A stretch of DNA of 28,326 nt, from contig JBKJJJ010000061.1 in NCBI GenBank assembly GCA_046598045.1, positions 1 through 28,326 on the forward strand, in the 5' to 3' direction. How positions within the stretch are numbered: the stretch's first letter is position 1; every line of letters starts with the position of its first letter. The position numbers and the translations under genes are program-made. Shown piece after piece: positions 18,659 to 28,044 of the stretch. This DNA comes from Candidatus Eiseniibacteriota bacterium (GTDB lineage Bacteria; Eisenbacteria; RBG-16-71-46; DASYSL01). The notes under the pieces were generated by a model. That model did not search any database. It was not told where the DNA came from and saw only the letters and a list, made by a program, of their open reading frames with translations.

Positions 18659-20227
18659 TCAGTACCGCCGGCGTGTGCGCGTGGGCGTGCCGAGGACGCC
18701 GCGGATCAGCGTCTGGCCGCTGCGGCTGGTCGCGAACTTGAGCAGCCCGCCGAGGATCGAGCCCGCGGCAGCGACCACGGTGGCGCCGGTGGAGGGCCCG
18801 GCAGGAGTGCCGTGCCCCGTCGGCAAAGGCGCGGGAGCGCCGCCCACGGGCGCCGCCGCCCCCTGCCCCATGCGCCCCGCGAGCATCTCGCGCGCGCTCT
18901 CGCGGTCGACCGCCTTCGCCAGCTTCGAGACCAGGGGCGAGCCAAGGGCGGCCGATGCGAACTCGGCATCCGAGAGCGGTGCCATGCGCGACGCCGGCGG
19001 CAGCATGCGGGTCGCGACCACCGGCGCCGGGGAACCCGACTCGGCAAGCACGGACACCACGGCCTCGCCGATCGCAAGCGTGGTGAGCGTCTCCTCGAGG
19101 TCGTAGAACGGCGTCGTCGGGAACGTGCTGACGGTGGCCTTGAGCGCCTTCGCGTCATTCGGGGTGAACGCGCGCAGCGCGTGCTGGATCCGGTTGCCGA
19201 GCTGTTCGAGCACCGGCGAGGGCACGTCGCTGGGGGTCTGCGTGACGAAGAAGATGCCCACGCCCTTGGAGCGGATCAGCCGCACGACCTGCGTGATCTG
19301 CTCGGTCAGGGGCTTCGAGGCATCGTCGAACAGGAAGTGCGCCTCGTCGAAGAAGAACACCAGCAGCGGCTTGGCGGCGTCGCCGCGCTCGGGCAACTCC
19401 TCATAGAGCTCGGCCAGAAGCCACATCAGGAACGTGGAGAACAGCCGCGGCCGATCCTGCACGTCCGACAGCTCGAGGATCGAGATCAGGCCGCGGCCAT
19501 CGCTCGAGGTGCGCAGCAGGTCGTGCACGTCGAACGCCGGCTCGCCGAAGAATGCCCCGGCGCCCTGGGCCTCGAGCTCGGTCAGCTTGCGCGCGAGCAC
19601 GCCGGCGGTCGACTTGGCCAGCCCACCGTACTGCGACAGGTCGGGCGGATCGTCGCCCGCGAGCCACGCCACCACCGCCCGCAGGTCGGGCAGGTCGAGC
19701 AGCGGCAGGTGCTGATCGTCGGCGAACTTGAACACCAGCGCGAGTACCGAGGCCTGGGTGTCGTTCAGGTCGAGCGCCTTCGACAACAGCAGCGGGCCGA
19801 AGTCCGCGACCGTGGCGCGCACGGCCGCGCCCTTGTTGCCCGTCAGGCTCAGGAACTCGACCGGAAAGCCCTGCGGCGCGAACGTCGTGCCGAGCGATTG
19901 CGCGCGCTCGGTCACCTTGGGCGAGACCTCGCCCGGCGAGGCGAGCCCCGACAGGTCCCCCTTGAGGTCCGCGAGGAATACCGGCACGCCGGCGGCGGAG
20001 AGTTTCTCGGCCATGCCCTGCAGCGTCTTGGTCTTGCCGGTGCCGGTCGCGCCGGCGACCAGGCCGTGGCGGTTCATGAGCGCGAGCGCAGCGGAGATCT
20101 TCAGCTCCGGGTGGCATGCTCCGGCGTGCAACGCGCCGCCGAGCGGCACCGGCGCACCCGCGAAGCGATACCCCTCGGTGATGGTTTTGGCGAACGCCTC
20201 GGCGCTCGCATCAGACGGCTTGGCCAC
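18659..20227 (-). CDS. YjgR/DUF853-family HerA-like ATPase
   Basis: MNRHGLVAGATGTGKTKTLQ, ADLKGDLSG, LVFFFDEAHFLF, VRLIRSKGVGIFFVTQ, LGNRIQHALRAFTP. GGAGGA RBS before the GTG at 20227. Confidence 0.92.
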   Translation of the reverse strand: MAKPSDASAEAFAKTITEGYRFAGAPVPLGGALHAGACHPELKISAALALMNRHGLVAGATGTGKTKTLQGMAEKLSAAGVPVFLADLKGDLSGLASPGEVSPKVTERAQSLGTTFAPQGFPVEFLSLTGNKGAAVRATVADFGPLLLSKALDLNDTQASVLALVFKFADDQHLPLLDLPDLRAVVAWLAGDDPPDLSQYGGLAKSTAGVLARKLTELEAQGAGAFFGEPAFDVHDLLRTSSDGRGLISILELSDVQDRPRLFSTFLMWLLAELYEELPERGDAAKPLLVFFFDEAHFLFDDASKPLTEQITQVVRLIRSKGVGIFFVTQTPSDVPSPVLEQLGNRIQHALRAFTPNDAKALKATVSTFPTTPFYDLEETLTTLAIGEAVVSVLAESGSPAPVVATRMLPPASRMAPLSDAEFASAALGSPLVSKLAKAVDRESAREMLAGRMGQGAAAPVGGAPAPLPTGHGTPAGPSTGATVVAAAGSILGGLLKFATSRSGQTLIRGVLGTPTRTRRRY

Positions 20228-20582
20228 CGTGATCCTCCCACGCCACCCGATCGCCCCGGAGTGTGCCGGAGGCGCGGATTGCTCCCACCGGCAGCTCGAG
20301 CGTCGAGTGCGCGCCCCAGAAGAACTTCCCGATCCAGCCTGGCTTGAGATTCTCCTGCACGCCCACGACCACGTCGTGCTTGTCGAGCACGACGATGTCG
20401 ATCGCGAACTTCATGCCGAACATGTGGACCCATTCGCAGGGCACGATCCACAACCCGGCATCCGGCGCGAGGCCCTCTCGCCCGAGCAGGCCACGATTGC
20501 GCGTTTCGCTGGTCTCGGCGACCTCGACGCGCTCGGCGATGACGACGCTCTTGGTGAGATTCCGGGCGCGCACGAGGTCCAT
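20211..20582 (-). CDS. DUF192-family protein
   Basis: VAET...RNRGLLGR, GLWIVPCEWVHMFGMKFAIDIVVLD, TLELPVG. Start at ATG 20582 (alternative 20603). Confidence 0.88.
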   Translation of the reverse strand: MDLVRARNLTKSVVIAERVEVAETSETRNRGLLGREGLAPDAGLWIVPCEWVHMFGMKFAIDIVVLDKHDVVVGVQENLKPGWIGKFFWGAHSTLELPVGAIRASGTLRGDRVAWEDHGGQAV

Positions 20583-20631
20583 ACGCGAAGAGTATGCCGC
20601 CATGCGGGGGGCGGCAAGGCCACGTTGCCCC

Positions 20632-20670
20632 AAAAACGCGACGGGCCCCGCCTGGTGGCGAGGCCCGTCG
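20632..20670 (-). terminator. intrinsic terminator closing the tad operon
   Basis: Hairpin CGACGGGCC...GGCCCGTCG (20639-20670) followed on the minus strand by CGTTTTT. A second hairpin, GCGTCCGG/CCGGACGC, lies at 20680-20700. Confidence 0.65.
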
Positions 20671-20714
20671 ATCAAGCATGCGTCCGGACTCGCCGGACGC
20701 CCGGAGTGGCGCGG

Positions 20715-20822
20715 TCAGCGACCCGACTTGCGGCCCTGGCCCTTGCGCGAACTCCGACGCGCCATGTAGGCGATGAAGAGCACGACCGCGACGAGAATCA
20801 TGATCATCGTGGTTTTGTCCAT
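20715..20822 (-). CDS. 35-aa single-pass membrane peptide (not in the ORF track)
   Basis: MDKTTMIMILVAVVLFIAYMARRSSRKGQGRKSGR*, translated by hand. AAAGGTGG RBS-like sequence upstream, GC-rich third positions, one TM segment plus a basic tail. Confidence 0.75.
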   Translation of the reverse strand: MDKTTMIMILVAVVLFIAYMARRSSRKGQGRKSGR

Positions 20823-20893
20823 CCAGTCACCACCTTTCCGTGGGATCTGCTCCCGGCCCGAAGGCCGTCAGGCGTCCCGAAGGACGTTCCGCC

Positions 20894-21832
20894 CTACTTG
20901 CTCACCGCCACATCGGACATCGCGTGGTAGATCGACAGCATGCCCGGCCCGAGCAGGATCAGCAGCAGCTCCGGGAAGATGCAGAGCACGAGCGGGAACA
21001 CGAGCTTGACCGCGACCTTGTGCGCCGCTTCTTCCGCGCGCTGGCGCCGCTTGATACGCAGCGAGTCGGACTGGGCGCGCAGCGAGGCCGCGACGCTCGT
21101 CCCCAGGCGATCGGTCTGCACGAGCACCGCCACCAGGCTCTTGACGTCGGGCACGCCGGTGCGATCGGCGAGATTGCGCAGGGCGTCGATGCGGTTGATG
21201 CCCGCCTTCATCTCGTTGTTGACCTGGCGCAGCTCCATCGCGAGCACCGGGCTGGCGAGCTGCATCTCGCCGGCAACCTTGACGATCGCGGCATTGAGCC
21301 CCAAACCGGCCTCGACGCACACCACCAGCAGGTCGAGCGCATCGGGAAGGGCGTGGGTGACCTCGAGCTTGCGCTCGTTGGACTTCGACCACAGGTAGAG
21401 CGTCGGCAGGTAGAAGCCCAGGACCCCGAGCACGATCATCCAGATCAGGATGTTGCCGAGCGACATCCCCATGAACGAGACGGCGAGGAAGAACAGGATA
21501 GGCAGGCCGGCGCCGAGCAGGATCTTGGCGCCGAGGAACGTCGTGACCGCGTTCGGGCCGCGGAAACCCGCCTCGGTCAGGCCGTCCTTGAGCGACTCCG
21601 AGCCGTCGGAATTGGGCAGGAAGCCCGCGAGGCGCGCCAGCAGGCGCTCCCACGCCGGGCGCCGCTGCTGGCGGCGCATCTGCCACCACGCCGTGCCTTC
21701 GGTCGTCGACTTGATCTCCGCCAGGCGCGCAGCCACAGGGTCCGGACCGGTCGAACGCTGCTGCATGACGTTGTAGAGCAGCAACGCCACGCTCGCGAAC
21801 ACCAGCACTACTGCGAAGAGAATCAGGATCAT
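20894..21832 (-). CDS. tadC: Tad pilus inner-membrane platform protein TadC
   Basis: T2SSF-like LPDALDLLVVCVEAGLGL, QTDRLGTSVAASLR, AEEAAHKVAVKLVFPLVLCIFP. Confidence 0.92.
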   Translation of the reverse strand: MILILFAVVLVFASVALLLYNVMQQRSTGPDPVAARLAEIKSTTEGTAWWQMRRQQRRPAWERLLARLAGFLPNSDGSESLKDGLTEAGFRGPNAVTTFLGAKILLGAGLPILFFLAVSFMGMSLGNILIWMIVLGVLGFYLPTLYLWSKSNERKLEVTHALPDALDLLVVCVEAGLGLNAAIVKVAGEMQLASPVLAMELRQVNNEMKAGINRIDALRNLADRTGVPDVKSLVAVLVQTDRLGTSVAASLRAQSDSLRIKRRQRAEEAAHKVAVKLVFPLVLCIFPELLLILLGPGMLSIYHAMSDVAVSK

Positions 21833-21839
21833 GGCTGCC

Positions 21840-22802
21840 TCAGACCTTGATTTGGATGACTCGACGGATCCACAGGTAGCCGAGGATTTGCATGACTGCG
21901 CAAGCCATCAGCATCGCCTGCCCCGCGGGGTCGCGGAAAAACGTCATCATGTAGTCCGGCGCGATGAGCGCGATGATCAGCCCGAGCGCGACCGGCAGGA
22001 CCGACAGGATCAGCCCCGTCATGCGCCCGTGCGCCGTACGCGACTTGACGTCGCCGAGGATGCGGAAGCGCTCGCGGATGATGCGCGCGATCGACTCCAT
22101 GATCTCGGCGAGGTTGCCGCCCGTCTCGCGCTGGATGATCACGGCCGTGACGAAGAACCGCAGGTCGACCGACTCGACGCGCTCGGTCAGGTTGACCAGC
22201 GCCTCCTTGATGTCGAGACCGAGGTTCTGCTCGTCGAAGGTGACCGCGAACTCCTGCGCCAGCGGCTCCGGCGACTCCTGCGCCACGAGCTGCAGCGCGG
22301 CCGGAAACGAGAGGCCGGCGCGCAACGCGCTGGTCATCAGGTCGAGCGCGTCCGGCAGTTGCTCGGAAAACTGGTGCGTGCGCTTGCTCTTCTTGCCCTT
22401 GACCCAGCTGTAGGGAATGAACGCGCAGGCGACGCCGAACGCAATCCCGACCAGCGGGCGGTGGAGAAAGATCGCGCACAGCGCGAAGGCGACTGCACCC
22501 GTGGTCAGCATGAGCAACACCAGGAAGCCGACCCGCCAGTTGAGCCCGGCCTGGTAGAGCAGCAGCTCGAGGTCGCGCGCCATCGGGAACGACGACAGGA
22601 TGCGATCGATGAACGTGATATCCGAGAGGCGCTTGTCGCGCAGGAACGCCTTATCGACCGTGTCCTCGCGGCCGACCATCGAGATGCGGCGAAGCTGGTC
22701 CTGGATGCGCTTCTGCCCTTCGGAAAGCGAGCTCGAGCGCCAGGCATAGAAGCCCACGACGCATGCGAGGAACACCAGCAGGGCGGCAATCAGTGCGAGC
22801 AT
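21840..22802 (-). CDS. tadB: Tad pilus inner-membrane platform protein TadB
   Basis: [38 protein letters not shown]...TAHGRMTG. Confidence 0.93.
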   Translation of the reverse strand: MLALIAALLVFLACVVGFYAWRSSSLSEGQKRIQDQLRRISMVGREDTVDKAFLRDKRLSDITFIDRILSSFPMARDLELLLYQAGLNWRVGFLVLLMLTTGAVAFALCAIFLHRPLVGIAFGVACAFIPYSWVKGKKSKRTHQFSEQLPDALDLMTSALRAGLSFPAALQLVAQESPEPLAQEFAVTFDEQNLGLDIKEALVNLTERVESVDLRFFVTAVIIQRETGGNLAEIMESIARIIRERFRILGDVKSRTAHGRMTGLILSVLPVALGLIIALIAPDYMMTFFRDPAGQAMLMACAVMQILGYLWIRRVIQIKV

Positions 22803-22824
22803 GTCGAGGTCTCCCCGGGCCGGC

Positions 22825-24171
22825 TCAGTCGAACGTGTTCGGCGGCAATTCGATGCCGCTGAGGCGGAGCTTCTCGAGGAAGCGCGGACGGATGCCGGTC
22901 GAGCCGAACTGGCCCATCACCTGGCCGTTCTCTCCCATGCCCGTGCGCTTGAACACGAACACGTCCTGCATCGTCACCACGTTGCCTTCCATGCCCGTGA
23001 TCTCGGAGACCGAGAGGATCTTGCGGCGGCCGTCCGACATGCGGCTGACCTGTACGACGACGTCGATGGCCGAGGCGATCTGCTCGCGCATGGCCTTGTC
23101 CGGAAGCGAGATGCCCGACATCTGCATGAGCGTCTCGAGTCGCGTGAGCGCGTCGCGGGCCGAGTTCGCGTGCAACGTGGTGAGCGAACCGTCGTGGCCC
23201 GTGTTCATGGCCTGGAGCATGTCCAGCACCTCTTCGGAGCGAACCTCGCCGACCACGATGCGGTCGGGGCGCATACGCAGCGCGTTGCGCACGAGGTCGC
23301 GCGCGGTGACCTGGCCCTTGCCTTCGATGTTCGGCGGGCGGGTCTCGAGGCGCACGACGTGAGGCTGCTGGAGCTGGAGTTCGGCGGAGTCCTCGATCGT
23401 GACGATGCGCTCGTCCGGCGGGATATAGCCCGACAGGATGTTGAGCGTGGTCGTCTTGCCCGAGCCGGTGCCGCCCGAGATCAGCACGTTGAGTCGCGCG
23501 CGCACGACGCCCTGCAGCAGCAGCGCCATGGGCTCGGAGACCGTGCCGTAGTTGATGAAGTCCTGCATCGTCAGCGCCTTGACCGAGAACCGGCGGATCG
23601 AGAGGATCGGGCCGTCGAGCGCCAGCGGCGGGATGATCGCATTGACGCGCGAGCCGTCCGGCAGGCGGGCGTCGACGTAAGGCGAGGCCTCGTCCACGCG
23701 GCGTCCGACGCGCGACACGATGCGGTCGATGATCACGCGCAGGTGCTGGTCGTCGCGGAACGTGACGTTGGTCAGCTCGAGCTTGCCACGGCGCTCGACG
23801 AAGACCTGACGATAGGTGTTGACCAGGATGTCCGAGATCTCGGGATCGTGCAGCAGCGGCTCGATCGGGCCCAGCCCGAAGGTTTCGTCGCGGATCTCCT
23901 TGACCAGGCGCTCTTCGTCCGTCGGCGACAGGCGAAGGTCCTGCTCCTTGAGGAGCGTCCGCACGACGCGGTCGACCTGCTGCTGCAGGAACTCGTTCTC
24001 GACGTTTTCAAGACTCGCCAGGTCGAGACGGTCGATCAGCTGGCGGTGAATCGTCTGCTTCAGTTCGTGATAGGTGTCCTGCGCGCGGACCTCGGGTACG
24101 AACGAGTTCGGCCCGCCGAGAGCCTGCCCGGCGGTGTCAGGACGTCTGGTGATGCGTTCGCGCAGTCCCAT
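22825..24171 (-). CDS. cpaF: Tad pilus assembly ATPase CpaF/TadA
   Basis: [71 protein letters not shown]. Confidence 0.96.
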   Translation of the reverse strand: MGLRERITRRPDTAGQALGGPNSFVPEVRAQDTYHELKQTIHRQLIDRLDLASLENVENEFLQQQVDRVVRTLLKEQDLRLSPTDEERLVKEIRDETFGLGPIEPLLHDPEISDILVNTYRQVFVERRGKLELTNVTFRDDQHLRVIIDRIVSRVGRRVDEASPYVDARLPDGSRVNAIIPPLALDGPILSIRRFSVKALTMQDFINYGTVSEPMALLLQGVVRARLNVLISGGTGSGKTTTLNILSGYIPPDERIVTIEDSAELQLQQPHVVRLETRPPNIEGKGQVTARDLVRNALRMRPDRIVVGEVRSEEVLDMLQAMNTGHDGSLTTLHANSARDALTRLETLMQMSGISLPDKAMREQIASAIDVVVQVSRMSDGRRKILSVSEITGMEGNVVTMQDVFVFKRTGMGENGQVMGQFGSTGIRPRFLEKLRLSGIELPPNTFD

Positions 24172-24198
24172 GGAAATCTCCTGCTTGCCCCGCCGCGG

Positions 24199-25392
24199 CT
24201 ATCCGCGCCGGAAGATCTTGTCGAGGAGTCCCTTCCCCTGTTTCGCATCTTCGACCACCGGAGCCGTCACCCCTGCCAGGTCGCTCGCGAGCGCATCGAA
24301 CGCGCGCGTCACGTCGGCTTCGGCATCGATCTCGGCCACCGGCATGCCGGCGTTGATCGCGTCGCTCATGTTGGCGTAGTCGTTCGGGATCCGCCAGTAG
24401 ACCGGGTAGTGCAGCGCATCTTCGAGCTGCTCGATCCCGATGTCCTTCTGCGGCAGGTACCGATTGACCACCAGCTTCACTTTCTCCTGGTCCCGAAGGT
24501 AATTCAGCTGGCGGAACACCTCGAGACAGCGCTGGGCGGCACGGATCGACGGCAGATTCAGCAGCACGACCACCACGATGTGGTCCGCGAGGTCGAAGAC
24601 CTCGAGGTTCACGTCCGAGAACCCGTGCCCATTGTCCACGACCGTGTAGGCGAACGCCTCCCGCATCGAGGACAGCACCTCGTTCACGCGCGCGGGCTTG
24701 ATGGCCTCCATCTGCTCCGGCCGCTCGGGCCCGGCGAGGACGAACACCCCGCTCTCGTGCCTGACCAGCGCGCCGGTCACGCCCGCGGAATCGATGCGCC
24801 CCGTGGTCGCGCACACATCCGCGATGGTCTTCGTCGGCCGCGCGTTCATGAAGATGCTCACGTCGCCGGCCTGCAGGTCGAGATCCGCCAGGCCGACCTC
24901 CTTGCCGGTGACGCGCGCGAGCGCGACCGACAGGTTGACCGATACCGACGTGGTGCCCACGCCGCCCTTGTTGCTGAACACGGTAATGAGCTTGTTGCGG
25001 CCGCCCCCGACGGAGCGATCCGCGAGCTTCATGAGCTTGTCGACCGCGGTCGTCAGCTCCGCGTTCGCAATCGGGCGGGAGAGAAACTCCTTCGCGCCGG
25101 CACGCATGGCGCGAAGGATCGTGTTCGGTGCCGTGTCGGCCGACGTAATGAAGATCGTCGCCGCCGGGTGCTCGAGGTGAAACCTCTCCGCGGCGGCGAG
25201 CGCCTCGTCGAGGGGCTTGGCCTCGAGGACCAGCAACATCGGCCGGATCTGGCGGGCGAGCTTCATGCCCAGCGCCAGATCGGGCGCATCCGCTTCGACC
25301 GTGACCCCTGCCGTGGACCTGAGCTGGGTGATCAGGGCGTTTCGGGAGCTGTCGTCCGAGTCGATGACGACCGCGGTGAACGGTGAAGCCAC
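24199..25392 (-). CDS. cpaE: CpaE/TadZ pilus localisation protein (atypical REC plus MinD-like ATPase)
   Basis: Degenerate REC domain (RAMRAGAKEFL), KGGVGTT P-loop, DLDLQAGDV, LVVNR, IPND; directly upstream of cpaF. Confidence 0.9.
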   Translation of the reverse strand: MASPFTAVVIDSDDSSRNALITQLRSTAGVTVEADAPDLALGMKLARQIRPMLLVLEAKPLDEALAAAERFHLEHPAATIFITSADTAPNTILRAMRAGAKEFLSRPIANAELTTAVDKLMKLADRSVGGGRNKLITVFSNKGGVGTTSVSVNLSVALARVTGKEVGLADLDLQAGDVSIFMNARPTKTIADVCATTGRIDSAGVTGALVRHESGVFVLAGPERPEQMEAIKPARVNEVLSSMREAFAYTVVDNGHGFSDVNLEVFDLADHIVVVVLLNLPSIRAAQRCLEVFRQLNYLRDQEKVKLVVNRYLPQKDIGIEQLEDALHYPVYWRIPNDYANMSDAINAGMPVAEIDAEADVTRAFDALASDLAGVTAPVVEDAKQGKGLLDKIFRRG

Positions 25393-25417
25393 GTCGCGCC
25401 CTCCTGGCCTGGCATCA

Positions 25418-25453
25418 CGATCCGGCCCGGGAATTCGGCCCCGGGCCGGATCG
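25418..25453. other. perfect 14-bp intra-operon hairpin
   Basis: CGATCCGGCCCGGG-aattcggc-CCCGGGCCGGATCG between the tadG-like gene and cpaE, with no U-tract. Confidence 0.7.
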
Positions 25454-25488
25454 GATCTCCTGTGACTCCCGCGGGAACTGCCTCCGCG

Positions 25489-26766
25489 TCAGCGGATCAG
25501 CGAGAGCGAATACGTGAAGCTGACGGCCCCACCACCGCCGCCACCCCCGGCGACGCACGGCTCCCCGGGCTGGCGGACCTTCAGGAACCTGCCCCTGACT
25601 TCGGCATTTCCTGTCATCTGCTCCATGAAGAATGCGGCGACCTTGACCACCTGCAGGTCATTCGGGCGACCGCTCACGATCGGGATGCGGGGATCGTGAA
25701 GCGGAATCAGCACGATGCGCGGGCTGATCGGGAATGCCGAATTCTGCACGCTCTGCGTCACGCTGTCCCAGTACGCGTTCGGGTCCTGCGCGATCAGGTC
25801 GCGCATGCCCTGGTTGGTCGGGCCGACCATGTTGCCCGGCTCCTTCTGGAGCCAGTCCCCCGGGTAGATCGTCGCGGGATTGCAGTCGCGGATGTTGTCG
25901 CGGTACGCGCTGCCGCCAGGGACCGGGGTGCCACGATTCACCGGTGGCAGGTCGATCGCGTAATACTGCCCCGGCACGGGCTTGTTCTTGTTGGAGGCCT
26001 TGAGCGTGAGTTCGAGGCCCAGGTCGCCGTTCGGGGCGAGGAAGTTCCCCGGATACGGATCCGGGATGTAGCCGGTGAGGAGCGAGTTGTAGGCCTCGGC
26101 ATCGTACCGGCCGTTGGCGTTGCCGTCGACGTACACCTCGCCCGGATCCCAGAGATGGTTGCTGTTCAGATCCGTGAAGGTTTCACTGTCCCACTCCAGG
26201 TTGTTCTGCCAGTTGCCGCCCTTCCTGCCGCCGGTGTACCCGGCGATCGGCGTCACGTCGTCCCAGCGATCCGGGATCGACCACGGCTTGACGCACTGCA
26301 CGCCGCAGGTCGCCCCGCAGGCCGCGGCGGCCATGCCATGCACGACGCTCGAGTTGCCGCCCGCGGACGCAGGAGCCGCGAGCTTGAGCACGTTCAGGAA
26401 GTACTGCCGGGTCGTGCTCAGCGTGCGGACCTCGACCGTGTTCGTTCCGGCTTGCGGGTCGCGAGTGATCGTGATCTGCGAGTTCGGGATGTCCACGTTG
26501 AGGGGGACGTCCATCGCCAGCGCCTTGTGGGCCTGGCCGACGAGACGCACGCGGTCCTGCACCTGGGCGTCGGTCGGGTTGCCGGTCTCGCAGAACAGCG
26601 AGGCGCCGGCGAGCGCGCCGGCGTCCGCCGCGTTCCGCAATTGAGTCCTCGTCACCAGGATGCGCCCGATGTCGATCGTGAGCACGCCGAACGCCGCAAG
26701 CACGGCGAACGAGAGCGCACCCATGATCAGGGCGTTGCCTTGATCCTTCTTCACGAACTGGCGCAT
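25489..26766 (-). CDS. tadG: TadG-like large minor pilin / pilus-tip protein
   Basis: Prepilin-like leader MRQFVKKDQG|NALIM, TM segment, and Tad N-terminal motif IDIGRILVTRTQLRNAADAGALAGA. Start at ATG 26766 with GAGG upstream. Confidence 0.82.
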   Translation of the reverse strand: MRQFVKKDQGNALIMGALSFAVLAAFGVLTIDIGRILVTRTQLRNAADAGALAGASLFCETGNPTDAQVQDRVRLVGQAHKALAMDVPLNVDIPNSQITITRDPQAGTNTVEVRTLSTTRQYFLNVLKLAAPASAGGNSSVVHGMAAAACGATCGVQCVKPWSIPDRWDDVTPIAGYTGGRKGGNWQNNLEWDSETFTDLNSNHLWDPGEVYVDGNANGRYDAEAYNSLLTGYIPDPYPGNFLAPNGDLGLELTLKASNKNKPVPGQYYAIDLPPVNRGTPVPGGSAYRDNIRDCNPATIYPGDWLQKEPGNMVGPTNQGMRDLIAQDPNAYWDSVTQSVQNSAFPISPRIVLIPLHDPRIPIVSGRPNDLQVVKVAAFFMEQMTGNAEVRGRFLKVRQPGEPCVAGGGGGGGAVSFTYSLSLIR

Positions 26767-26815
26767 GGTCCGCCTCACTGCTTTCTGCGGAGGCCGAATC
26801 TCCGCGACATGGTCC

Positions 26816-27943
26816 TCAGGGTTTCGCCTCGACCGGGTTCGTCAGCACGGGCACTTCGTTTGCCTCGAGCGGACGGATGATCCGGGGCGACACCAGGACC
26901 ACGAGTTCATTTTCCTCGATCGTCTCGCGCGTGTTCTTGAACAGCGCGCCGAGCACCGGGATATCACCAAGCAGCGGAATCTTCCGCTGCGTCTTCCGAA
27001 CGTCCGTGTTGGTCAAGCCTCCAATGACCAGGCTCTGCCCGTCCCTCAACTCCACCACCGTGTCGACGCGCCGCGTCTGGAACGCAGGGATCAGGAACCC
27101 GCCGAGCACGATCGCCCGGCTGTAGTCCGGGGTGCTGACCTCGGGAACGACCCGCAGGTTGATGATCCCCGAGTCGATCACCGTCGGCTCGAAGTCCAGT
27201 TTGACGCCGTACTCCTTGAACAGGACCGAGATCGAATTGCTGCCCGATCCGCCCTGCACGATCGGGATCGGAATCTCGCCGCCCGACAGGAACTTCGCCT
27301 TCTCGCCGTTGACCGCCACCAGGTTCGGGCTGGCCAGCGTCTTGATCGTCCCGTCCGTCTCGAGCGCCTTGACGATGCCCTGCAGCCGGCGATCGCCCGA
27401 CAGCGAGACATAGTCGAGCGAGAGCGCCGTGTTCTCGCCGAAGGGATTGGTCAGGATCGGCACCTGCGGCGTGTTGACCTGGCCGCCGAAGAATCCGACC
27501 GTGCCCGAGCCCTCGAGGCGACGGCTGTTCAGCATGCTCACGAAGAAGTCGAACCCGAGCTCCTTCAGCCGGGAGCGGCTCACCTCGGCGATCTTGACGT
27601 TCAGCACCACCTGGTTGAACCCGGTGCCGCTGTGCACCACCACCTCGTACTGCTGGTAGCGGTTGCCCTTGCTCCACACCACGAGCGAGGTCGTGCCGAT
27701 CTTCTTCGCGTTCAGCAGCAGCTGGCGCGAGGTGGCCACGACCACGTCCGCGATCGCGTCATCCGCGATCGACACGGTGCCGATCGAGTCGGCGACCGAG
27801 AGCACCACCGAGCGACCGAGCAGGATGCGCACCTTCTGCGGCTCCTGCGCGTGCGCCGTACCGACGAGACCACACACGGCCAACAGGGCCACCAGGCCCA
27901 GACTCACCGCGACTTTCCTTGTCGACTCCCCGAACAGCGACAT
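26816..27943 (-). CDS. cpaC: Tad secretin CpaC/RcpA
   Basis: Signal peptide, pilus-formation N-domain (AKKIGTTSLVVW), secretin core (LASPNLVAVNGEKAKFLSGGEIP, FKEYGVKL, GQSLVIGGL, IPLLGDIPVLGALF). Confidence 0.93.
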   Translation of the reverse strand: MSLFGESTRKVAVSLGLVALLAVCGLVGTAHAQEPQKVRILLGRSVVLSVADSIGTVSIADDAIADVVVATSRQLLLNAKKIGTTSLVVWSKGNRYQQYEVVVHSGTGFNQVVLNVKIAEVSRSRLKELGFDFFVSMLNSRRLEGSGTVGFFGGQVNTPQVPILTNPFGENTALSLDYVSLSGDRRLQGIVKALETDGTIKTLASPNLVAVNGEKAKFLSGGEIPIPIVQGGSGSNSISVLFKEYGVKLDFEPTVIDSGIINLRVVPEVSTPDYSRAIVLGGFLIPAFQTRRVDTVVELRDGQSLVIGGLTNTDVRKTQRKIPLLGDIPVLGALFKNTRETIEENELVVLVSPRIIRPLEANEVPVLTNPVEAKP

Positions 27944-28044
27944 GGGCGCCTCCCTTGGCTTGTTTTTCTACCCGATGGCTTGGGACCAGAGTCATCGGCG
28001 CGGAGGCCGTGACGCGGCGAAGCCCCCTTGCGGGGGCCGAGCCT

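Noticed and set aside
22801..25386. Long plus-strand ORF (861 aa) and similar long ORFs such as 14439-16727, 18608-20347, 2389-3996 and 5849-7234
   Set aside because: These are shadow frames of well-supported genes in high-GC DNA. Their translations are R/A/G-rich with no recognisable motifs.
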